Shown: in pieces, positions 1-5,520 of the stretch
Numbering within the stretch: the first letter of the stretch is position 1
Layout of the letters: every line of letters begins with the position of its first letter
DNA from: a virus
Virus record (IMG/VR): IMGVR_UViG_3300045988_050886
Direction: 5' to 3' (one strand)
DNA: 19,592 nucleotides
Translations under genes and position numbers: made by a program
Notes under the pieces: generated by a model
Told to the model about the DNA's origin: nothing
What the model saw: the letters and a program-made list of their open reading frames with translations, nothing else
Database searches by the model: none

Positions 1-116
1 CAGGAGTGGGAGGGGTATGGATTTGTGTGAAGATTTTCCCTTGTGGTTTTTTTTATTTGTGTATTATTTTTTTTTGTTCTGTGTGGTTTGTGTTTCTTTG
101 TTTTGTTTGTGCCTCT

Positions 117-145
117 ATTATATTTTTTTTACGCCATCATGTCAA
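117..145 (-). promoter_or_regulatory. Outward-facing consensus promoter in ITR-L (TTGACA, 17 nt, TATAAT)
   Basis: The minus strand reads TTGACA (145-140), an exactly 17-nt spacer, then TATAAT (122-117). An A-rich UP-like tract lies upstream. It points at the left terminus, with a predicted start near 110. Confidence 0.6.
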
Positions 146-159
146 TTTTTTTTATTTTC

Positions 160-172
160 GGGCGTGTCGTTT
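160..172 (+). repeat. 13-nt direct repeat GGGCGTGTCGTTT, copy 1
   Basis: Exact copy of 299-311. Both copies follow a T-run. Confidence 0.7.
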
Positions 173-178
173 TTTTTA

Positions 179-193
179 TTGACACTGTGTCAA
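179..193. promoter_or_regulatory. 15-bp palindrome TTGACAC-T-GTGTCAA (operator-like); mirror copy 19400-19414
   Basis: Two 7-nt arms around one central base. It contains TTGACA on both strands, but no matching -10 lies at correct spacing. Confidence 0.35.
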
Positions 194-220
194 TGGTTGT
201 ATGTGCAACAATCTGTGTGT

Positions 221-246
221 GGTTAGGTTACGGTTACGTAACCGTA
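221..246. promoter_or_regulatory. GGTTA direct repeats ending in the 18-bp perfect palindrome TACGGTTACGTAACCGTA; mirror copy 19347-19372
   Basis: GGTTA occurs at 221, 226 and 232, and its inverse TAACC at 239. The perfect palindrome spans 229-246 and lies between the outward and inward ITR promoters. Confidence 0.4.
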
Positions 247-298
247 GCTTATTGGTGGCTGTTGGTTGTTTTTTATTTTTTTGCTTTGTTTTGTTTTT

Positions 299-311
299 GG
301 GCGTGTCGTTT
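299..311 (+). repeat. 13-nt direct repeat GGGCGTGTCGTTT, copy 2
   Basis: Exact copy of 160-172. It occupies the -35 region of the inward extended -10 promoter. Confidence 0.7.
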
Positions 312-320
312 GTTTGTTTG

Positions 321-329
321 TGTTATAGT
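321..329 (+). promoter_or_regulatory. Inward extended -10 promoter in ITR-L (TGtTATAGT)
   Basis: A TGnTATAAT-like element lies about 36 nt upstream of the ATG at 365, and the RBS GGGAAAGGA (347-355) sits in between. There is no good -35. Confidence 0.5.
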
Positions 330-364
330 GTAGTTATCAACTTCAAGGGAAAGGAAAAAATAAA

Positions 365-595
365 ATGTGGTATTTTAATATCACCGCAAACGGTTTTCAG
401 GTTTTTGAGATTTTGCCTGATTGTGTGAAGCCTAGTGGCATGTTTCTTACGGCATCTCTGAAATCTTCGTTGGATGGCGTGCTGTCTTATATCCGTCATG
501 CGTATGTTGGTATGGATGTGGATGTGGATATTGATAATGCTACGTTTGACCTTGATGGCACGATGGTTGGCGTGGTTAAGGTTTCGCTTGTTTGA
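365..595 (+). CDS. Hypothetical early protein, 76 aa (start codon lies inside the ITR)
   Basis: ATG preceded by RBS GGGAAAGGA. Third codon positions are T/G-rich like neighbouring genes. The stop overlaps the next gene region. No recognisable domain. Confidence 0.6.
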   Translation: MWYFNITANGFQVFEILPDCVKPSGMFLTASLKSSLDGVLSYIRHAYVGMDVDVDIDNATFDLDGTMVGVVKVSLV

Positions 596-609
596 TTGGA
601 GGTCATATT

Positions 610-849
610 GTGAAATGGTATTATTTTAATGTCCTTGACGAGTATCTTGGAATATATCAGCAGTTTCGTTGGCGTGAAGCGCCTTGTGATTTTAGTGGTC
701 CGATGGGGGTTGATTACCGATTTCAACTGTATTGTGGAGTGTGTGGTAAGTGGGATTCTATTGGAGACTTTATTGACTTGGATGACGGTATTAAGTACTG
801 TCATGATTATGATTTTAGGTATTTTTACAGAGATTTTCATGTGTTCTGA
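610..849 (+). CDS. Hypothetical early protein, 79 aa, possible CxxC...CH metal-binding motif
   Basis: GTG at 610 lies 6 nt after RBS GGAGGT (598-603). The track start at TTG 592 has no RBS. Contains YCGVCG and KYCH. The N-terminus KWYYFN resembles MWYFN of the preceding gene. Confidence 0.5.
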   Translation: MKWYYFNVLDEYLGIYQQFRWREAPCDFSGPMGVDYRFQLYCGVCGKWDSIGDFIDLDDGIKYCHDYDFRYFYRDFHVF

Positions 850-855
850 GGTGTT

Positions 856-1026
856 ATGATGGTTGGCATGGTTATTGCTTTATGTATTCTTTCCGGGCTG
901 TTTTTTACGGTGGCGGCTATGGTGTTTTGCGAATTGCCGCGTGATATGCGTGACGTTTTTTGTTTTTTGGTCATGCTTGCTGTGGGTGTGGCTGTTGTGT
1001 TGGCTTTTATAGTAAGGGGGGCTTGA
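856..1026 (+). CDS. Small membrane protein, 56 aa, two predicted TM helices (below the ORF-track cutoff)
   Basis: Hand translation: MMVGMVIALCILSGLFFTVAAMVFCELPRDMRDVFCFLVMLAVGVAVVLAFIVRGA. GAGGTG lies just upstream. It fills the gap between neighbouring genes exactly. Confidence 0.5.
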   Translation: MMVGMVIALCILSGLFFTVAAMVFCELPRDMRDVFCFLVMLAVGVAVVLAFIVRGA

Positions 1027-1027
1027 G

Positions 1028-1273
1028 ATGGCTTGTAATGATATGAGGGTTGCCACGTTCTCGTCTAAATATCGTGGTGGTGATGTCGGACTGTGGTATT
1101 GTCCGCATAATCACTTGTACGAGCTTCGGTATACTGTTTGGTTCCGTACTCCGGGCGGTTTTTTCGACGCTTTGTCATGGTGTGCATATGACGCCGCTGA
1201 TGAGTCTCAGGTTGTTGATTTGATGCTGGATGCTATTGATATTGCTCGCACGCCGCTTTTGGAGAGGAATTAG
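1028..1273 (+). CDS. Hypothetical early protein, 81 aa
   Basis: ATG follows an AGGGGGG RBS. Codon bias is consistent with neighbours. No recognisable domain. Confidence 0.6.
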   Translation: MACNDMRVATFSSKYRGGDVGLWYCPHNHLYELRYTVWFRTPGGFFDALSWCAYDAADESQVVDLMLDAIDIARTPLLERN

Positions 1274-1275
1274 CC

Positions 1276-1479
1276 GTGTATTTTCGTGGTTGGATTCATT
1301 CGTGGACTTGTGGCACGTGCCCGGATGCTGACAGTTATTGGCGTTTGCGTGCGTTTTGGGCTGGGAGACAGCATAAGCGGAGCGCTACTGATCCTCCGAA
1401 ACGTTGCCCTGATCGGCGGTTGTGGGAGGTTATGTGGCTGTATGGGGATAGTGATGCTATTGATGGATTGGAGTTTTAG
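1276..1479 (+). CDS. Hypothetical early protein, 67 aa, Cys/Trp-rich (CGTC...C)
   Basis: GTG start lies 8 nt after GGAGAGGA. It is tightly packed between the stop at 1273 and the next ATG at 1482. T/G-ending codons match neighbours better than the overlapping frame 1286..1489. Confidence 0.45.
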   Translation: MYFRGWIHSWTCGTCPDADSYWRLRAFWAGRQHKRSATDPPKRCPDRRLWEVMWLYGDSDAIDGLEF

Positions 1480-1481
1480 GC

Positions 1482-1658
1482 ATGTATAGTACTTTTGTGG
1501 CTCTCGCATACTTGGGGGATGCGCGCAAGCCGCCTATCGAGATCGGTTACGCGTCTTCATATAAGGATGCGGCGGACTTGGTTAAACGGTGGGCGGCTAT
1601 CCGGTCTCATATGGAGAATATCAGTTATTTTCGCGTTGAGGAACGGTATTATGTTTAG
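1482..1658 (+). CDS. Hypothetical early protein, 58 aa (below the ORF-track cutoff)
   Basis: Hand translation: MYSTFVALAYLGDARKPPIEIGYASSYKDAADLVKRWAAIRSHMENISYFRVEERYYV. GGAG lies 9 nt upstream. Its stop overlaps the next start (ATGTTTAG). Confidence 0.5.
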   Translation: MYSTFVALAYLGDARKPPIEIGYASSYKDAADLVKRWAAIRSHMENISYFRVEERYYV

Positions 1659-2169
1659 GCGTGGTGATGATAGAATACCTATTTATCGTATGCGCCAGTT
1701 TGATGACGCGATTATGGAGTCGCCGCGTATTGTTAGGGCTACGCTGGGGCGTACTCGCGAACTCAATCTCAAGCGGTATGACGTTGGATATGGCGATTAT
1801 GAGTCGTGTTGCCGTGCTGTCAATATGTTGTGTGAGTTGTGGCGTGAAGCGCCTAGTGAGTGGTTTACGCAAGCGGTGATTACTGTGTCTCAGATTGCGG
1901 GCGGTCTGACTGTGTGGGATGGACTTTCTGTCGCCCTGTCCCGCACGTATGATGTGGAATATTTGGATGGTTCTGTGAATCCGCCTAATCTGATTGCATG
2001 GTGTGCTGTTTGTGCGGTCAAGGGCGGTACGTCGTATGATTGTTGCATGATTTTTGATAGTCCTCAAGCGAGGAATCTGATTATTGCCGTGTTTAAAAAT
2101 TTTGACAGACTGGATACGACTCGCTATACTGATAGTGATTTAAAAAAAATCTTACTGCAAGGGAGGTAA
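1651..2169 (+). CDS. Hypothetical early protein, 172 aa
   Basis: Internal ATG of track ORF 1495..2169, with RBS GAGGAA 7 nt upstream. The track N-terminal extension (1495-1650) overlaps the better small ORF 1482..1658 and reads like off-frame sequence. Confidence 0.65.
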   Translation: MFRRGDDRIPIYRMRQFDDAIMESPRIVRATLGRTRELNLKRYDVGYGDYESCCRAVNMLCELWREAPSEWFTQAVITVSQIAGGLTVWDGLSVALSRTYDVEYLDGSVNPPNLIAWCAVCAVKGGTSYDCCMIFDSPQARNLIIAVFKNFDRLDTTRYTDSDLKKILLQGR

Positions 2170-2172
2170 AAA

Positions 2173-2490
2173 TTGGCTAGAACGAAAACCGACATTTTCC
2201 GCACGCGCGTCTATGCCGTGCTCAAGGGTATGGAATTGGTGGACGGTGACTTCCTGGAGGCGGAGCACGTTATTGATGGACGCCTTAAGGACGCTCGCGC
2301 ATATTCGATTCGTGCGAAGAAATTGTTTCCTAATTTTATTCCGCGTTCCATTAACATTTTTTCGCAAAAAGTCTCAATGAATGAGGAAACTTTTTACAAG
2401 TATGCTACCTTTGAGGAACCGCAAGAATGGAATCCAGAAGAGCATACAAAAAACCGACACGCCGACATTGAAAATAATGACGGTATGTGA
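2173..2490 (+). CDS. Possible phi29 p6-like dsDNA-binding (histone-like) protein, 105 aa
   Basis: TTG start lies 6 nt after GGGAGG. The size (105 aa vs about 104), acidic C-terminal tail and position directly upstream of the SSB-like gene match phi29 gene 6. A weak resemblance by eye (LVDGDF..E, ETFYKYAT) rests on my memory of p6. Confidence 0.4.
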   Translation: MARTKTDIFRTRVYAVLKGMELVDGDFLEAEHVIDGRLKDARAYSIRAKKLFPNFIPRSINIFSQKVSMNEETFYKYATFEEPQEWNPEEHTKNRHADIENNDGM

Positions 2491-2496
2491 TATGAA
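2468..2496 (+). promoter_or_regulatory. Promoter candidate: TTGAAA, 17 nt, TG-n-TATGAA
   Basis: -35 TTGAAA at 2468-2473, 17-nt spacer ending in TGA, -10 TATGAA at 2491-2496. It lies upstream of the SSB gene. The -10 lacks the final T. Confidence 0.35.
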
Positions 2497-2551
2497 AGAT
2501 TTAGGCATAAGCCTGAAAATAAAATAACAACAATCTAGGAAAGGTTAAACA

Positions 2552-2989
2552 ATGGAAAACAACAACAATATCGCACTCGTAGCATTCAACACCGAGAACA
2601 CCGAACTCGGCACCGTCCAGCACTTCATCGATACAAGCACTCGTGAAGGTAAAATCAAGCTCTATTCGGCATTGCAGAACGCCGAAAAGCTCGACGAACA
2701 CCTCAATGAGCCGTTGAACATGACGAACGCCGTCGCGCAGGCTGTGCAGGTGACCGACGACCAGACGGGCGAAATCTCCAACACCGTGCGCGTTATCATC
2801 GTGACCGACGATAACAAGGCGTACGCGGCCACCTCTCCGACTCTCGCGGCGGGACTGAACACCATGTTCGGGATCTTCGGCACGCCGAACACTTGGACGG
2901 AACCGCTGTGCATCAAGGTGGTCGAACGCCGCTCCCGTCGTGGTTTCAAGTTTTTCAGCATCGAGCCGGTGGACGAGGAAACTAAGTGA
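2552..2989 (+). CDS. Single-stranded DNA-binding protein, phi29 p5-like, 145 aa
   Basis: RBS AGGAAAGG. The N-terminus MENNNNIALVAFNTEN and the C-terminal block IKVVERRSRRGFKFFSI parallel my recollection of phi29 p5 (MENTNIVKATFDTE... and VKVVQGTSSKGNVFFSL). It sits upstream of the TP and DNAP genes. Confidence 0.6.
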   Translation: MENNNNIALVAFNTENTELGTVQHFIDTSTREGKIKLYSALQNAEKLDEHLNEPLNMTNAVAQAVQVTDDQTGEISNTVRVIIVTDDNKAYAATSPTLAAGLNTMFGIFGTPNTWTEPLCIKVVERRSRRGFKFFSIEPVDEETK

Positions 2990-2992
2990 GCT

Positions 2993-3001
2993 TGCTATAA
3001 T
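2993..3001 (+). promoter_or_regulatory. Extended -10 element TGCTATAAT
   Basis: Perfect TGnTATAAT and the same 9-mer as 5508-5516. It lies just after the SSB stop and upstream of hairpin 3024-3049 and the TP gene. Confidence 0.4.
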
Positions 3002-3023
3002 AACTGAGTAGCGTTCATTCATA

Positions 3024-3049
3024 GAGAGCACCCAATCTTGGGTGCTCTC
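3024..3049 (+). terminator. 11-bp perfect hairpin (GAGAGCACCCA, loop ATCT, TGGGTGCTCTC); attenuator or 5'-UTR stem
   Basis: Perfect stem with a 4-nt loop between the SSB and TP genes. No clear U-tract follows, so it may be a partial terminator or an mRNA-stabilising stem. Confidence 0.45.
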
Positions 3050-3071
3050 GCCATCTTAAGGACTGTGCCAT

Positions 3072-4034
3072 ATGTCTCGAAAGCAAAAGCATGTCAAGGC
3101 ACGTCAGGCTGCGCAAGCACGTGCCGCCCGCAATATCAAACAGCTTGGTGCTTACTCCCACTCGAATCTCGCCAAAACCGCGGACAGACAACTAGTCAAC
3201 ATCGCCAAAACGCTGGGTAAGGAGTGGGAACGGCAGAAGAGACAGGCCATAGCGGAAGCGAAAGCAACCCCCTACCGCGCCGCCGCCATCGAAAAACCGA
3301 CAAAGAAAGACTACATGTTCGCCCAGCGTACACCCATCACAGACGCGCAAATTCAGGCGGAGCCGGTGGCGAAGCGACGCAAACTCTTACGGCAACAGCA
3401 ACGGAAAATCAATGCGGCGCGGCGGAAAATCAACGAATGGAACAAGGCTCAGGCCATGCCCGCGAAAAGCGTATACGATCAACGTGTGGCTGAAATCACC
3501 GGCACCACCGGCGAAGGCTTCGGCCGCACTCAGATTATCCCGTCCAAACTCACTGATTTTCTGCAAATGACCAACGTGCTGAGTGATGAAGCGTTCGTGC
3601 GCTCCCAACTGGAAAGCGGCCACCGCAACGAACTGCTTGAGCAGATTCACGATGCCGCCGAAATACTGGGATTGCGCACCGAACACACAAACAAACCGTC
3701 CAAAAAGCGGGGAACAGGCAAACAGGGTAAAGATCTGTACGGCGAGCATGATTGGCCATCCTATATGAGTCGCGGGCGTTATGAGGTGTTCGAGAAGATT
3801 TTGGCCACCACGCTCGGCTCGAAACGGTTGAAACGATTCCGCCAACTCTCAGCCGCGCAAAAACGCGCGTTCATCGAGCAGACGGATGCCCCGCGCATCG
3901 TGTTCGACTGGACGGTATATGATCCAGTACGGCACGGTTTTATTTCAGTGTTCCGTGACAACAGTGAGGGCTATCAGCGATCCCGCAGACAGTTTGACCG
4001 GTGGTTGGCGGAAGCGGGCGCGTTGGAAAAGTAG
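3072..4034 (+). CDS. Terminal protein candidate (replication primer), 320 aa
   Basis: It lies immediately upstream of the protein-primed DNAP, as in phi29 (gene 3 then gene 2). The N-terminal half is highly basic (KQKHVKARQAAQARAARN, KRRKLLRQQQRKINAARRK). A C-terminal DNSEGY (Ser298, nt 3963-3965) resembles my recollection of the phi29 priming-serine context DSEG. Confidence 0.5.
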   Translation: MSRKQKHVKARQAAQARAARNIKQLGAYSHSNLAKTADRQLVNIAKTLGKEWERQKRQAIAEAKATPYRAAAIEKPTKKDYMFAQRTPITDAQIQAEPVAKRRKLLRQQQRKINAARRKINEWNKAQAMPAKSVYDQRVAEITGTTGEGFGRTQIIPSKLTDFLQMTNVLSDEAFVRSQLESGHRNELLEQIHDAAEILGLRTEHTNKPSKKRGTGKQGKDLYGEHDWPSYMSRGRYEVFEKILATTLGSKRLKRFRQLSAAQKRAFIEQTDAPRIVFDWTVYDPVRHGFISVFRDNSEGYQRSRRQFDRWLAEAGALEK

Positions 4035-4063
4035 CGGACGGCAAATAAAAGGATAGTTATACC

Positions 4064-5515
4064 ATGACCAAGCTAGATAACAGGGTGGGATTGTGGTGTG
4101 CGGATAACGTCATACGATTCACGGACGGCACCGCATTGCGTGACATTACAGCGCCTAACCTCCTTTTGGCGTCCATCATGTCGGGCGGCAAACTCACCGT
4201 CTACGTGACTCATCCCGGACTGCTTGACCCTTTTATAGCGCACGTCGTACACGCATTGCCCCACAACGAACACAACGCTAATCTGAGCTGGGACGCCATC
4301 ATCTCGAAAAAAGGGAAATTTTTCAGCTTCACGGCACGTATCGACCGCGAAAACTCGGCACGCTTCTTCGATATTTCCAATCTTTTGCGTGAGAATTGCA
4401 GTCTCACCATGACCGACACGCAATTGCTCAATATTCTGCGTGAGTATGATAATCGCAACTTGTGCAAGATCACGGCGGGCGGGGCGAGTATGGAGGCTTT
4501 CGCGTCCGGCGAGTGGAAATGGTATTACGACAAATTCCCCCAGCTGGAACCCGAAACTAAAAAGTCATTGCATGACGCCTATATCGGCGGTTTCATGCTG
4601 GTCAAAGAGGGGGCGTATGACAGGGCTATCGACGTTGACTGCAACTCAATGTATCCGAGCATATTACGGGACGAATGGTTGCCGTGGGGCGAACCGGAAT
4701 CATACGACGGTGAATACATCCAAGATGATGACATGCCATTGCATTGCGACGAACTCACGTTTCGCGCGGAACTCAAACCAAACGGCTACCCTTTTTTGCT
4801 CGACAACCGCAGCGTCTACGGACTGAACCGTCTCACCTCAACCCGTGGATACGTCACGCGCGTGCTTACCGACATTGATCAAGAACTGCTTTATAGGAAT
4901 TATGAAGTGAGCGTCTACAAGCATGTTAGGGGGTGGAAATTCCGGCAAAGCAAGGGCTTTTTTCGGTCGTTCGTGGATGAATGGGGAGACTTGAAACAGA
5001 AGACGACGGGCGAAAAAAGACAAATGGCGAAACTGATCATGAACGCCCTGGTGGGGAAAATGGCGAGTCTGCCAAAAGGCACCGTCCTACTCCCCTTATC
5101 CAAAGACGGCATAACATTGGACTGGGACGTCGCCCAGCGCGAAGAATCGAACCTGAAAACCGATTTCCTACCCGTGCCCGTGTGGGTCAACGCCTACGCA
5201 CGCCGCAAACTCATGGACGTGTGCCACGCGAACGCCGATCGGCTATTGTACGCGAACACGGACGGTTGTATTTTGAGCGGTTGGGAGCCGGTGGAATCAT
5301 GCGACATACACCCGACCGAACTAGGCAAGTGGAAAATCGCCGCACGATACGAAAAACTGACGATATTGGGCATGAACCGGTATCAGGGATGGCGGGACGA
5401 CGGGGAGGTTGACGTATGCATGGCCGGAAACCTATTCTCGCAACCCATCCCCTACGAGAAGTTTAGGCATGGAACGCAGATCATGGACGATTACGGTACA
5501 ATGGTCATGCTATAA
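4064..5515 (+). CDS. Protein-primed family-B DNA polymerase (phi29 gp2-like), 483 aa
   Basis: Motif A DVDCNSMYPS, motif B KLIMNALVGKM, motif C YANTDG, and LGKWKI. The blocks ITAGGASMEAF, AYIGGF, LPWGEP, MPLH and ELKPNGYP are collinear with phi29 DNAP as I recall it. Confidence 0.92.
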   Translation: MTKLDNRVGLWCADNVIRFTDGTALRDITAPNLLLASIMSGGKLTVYVTHPGLLDPFIAHVVHALPHNEHNANLSWDAIISKKGKFFSFTARIDRENSARFFDISNLLRENCSLTMTDTQLLNILREYDNRNLCKITAGGASMEAFASGEWKWYYDKFPQLEPETKKSLHDAYIGGFMLVKEGAYDRAIDVDCNSMYPSILRDEWLPWGEPESYDGEYIQDDDMPLHCDELTFRAELKPNGYPFLLDNRSVYGLNRLTSTRGYVTRVLTDIDQELLYRNYEVSVYKHVRGWKFRQSKGFFRSFVDEWGDLKQKTTGEKRQMAKLIMNALVGKMASLPKGTVLLPLSKDGITLDWDVAQREESNLKTDFLPVPVWVNAYARRKLMDVCHANADRLLYANTDGCILSGWEPVESCDIHPTELGKWKIAARYEKLTILGMNRYQGWRDDGEVDVCMAGNLFSQPIPYEKFRHGTQIMDDYGTMVML

Positions 5516-5516
5516 T
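5508..5516 (+). promoter_or_regulatory. Extended -10 element TGCTATAAT overlapping the DNAP stop codon
   Basis: Perfect TGnTATAAT. The predicted start is at A5521 or G5523. No ORF with an RBS follows. Confidence 0.5.
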
Positions 5517-5520
5517 TGTC

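Larger units (their letters stand above)
1..367. repeat. Left inverted terminal repeat (ITR-L), 367 bp
   Basis: 1-367 is the reverse complement of 19226-19592. ORF translations 17..226/19367..19576 and 43..333/19260..19550 are identical. Identity runs through the ATG at 365-367 and breaks at 368 (left TGGTAT, right-end complement ATGGTT). The + strand is extremely T/G-rich. Confidence 0.95.

Noticed and set aside
17-333. ORFs 17..226 and 43..333 (and mirror copies 19260..19576) encoding extremely hydrophobic Phe/Leu/Val/Cys-rich peptides inside the ITR
   Set aside because: They are translation artefacts of the T/G-rich repeat. They have no RBS, the inward promoter lies downstream of them, and the outward promoter reads the opposite strand.
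1286-1489. Alternative-frame 67-aa ORF overlapping 1276..1479
   Set aside because: The 1276 frame fits the tight stop and start packing and the T/G-ending codon bias of neighbouring genes. Only one of the two frames can be real. This remains a moderate-confidence choice.
1495-1650. N-terminal extension of the 224-aa track ORF (MWLSHTWGMRASRLSRS...)
   Set aside because: It overlaps a better small ORF (1482..1658) that has an RBS. An internal ATG at 1651 with a GAGGAA RBS gives a compact ATGTTTAG overlap typical of this genome.
2501-3031. Long antisense ORFs opposite confirmed genes (for example 2501..3031, 3387..3845, 5712..6269, 8930..9481, 11950..12603, 13877..14344 and 14116..14532 on the - strand)
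   Set aside because: These are typical shadow ORFs of GC-rich coding sequence. They are Arg/Gly/His-rich or low-complexity, lack RBSs, and lie entirely within + strand genes that have strong homology or motif support.
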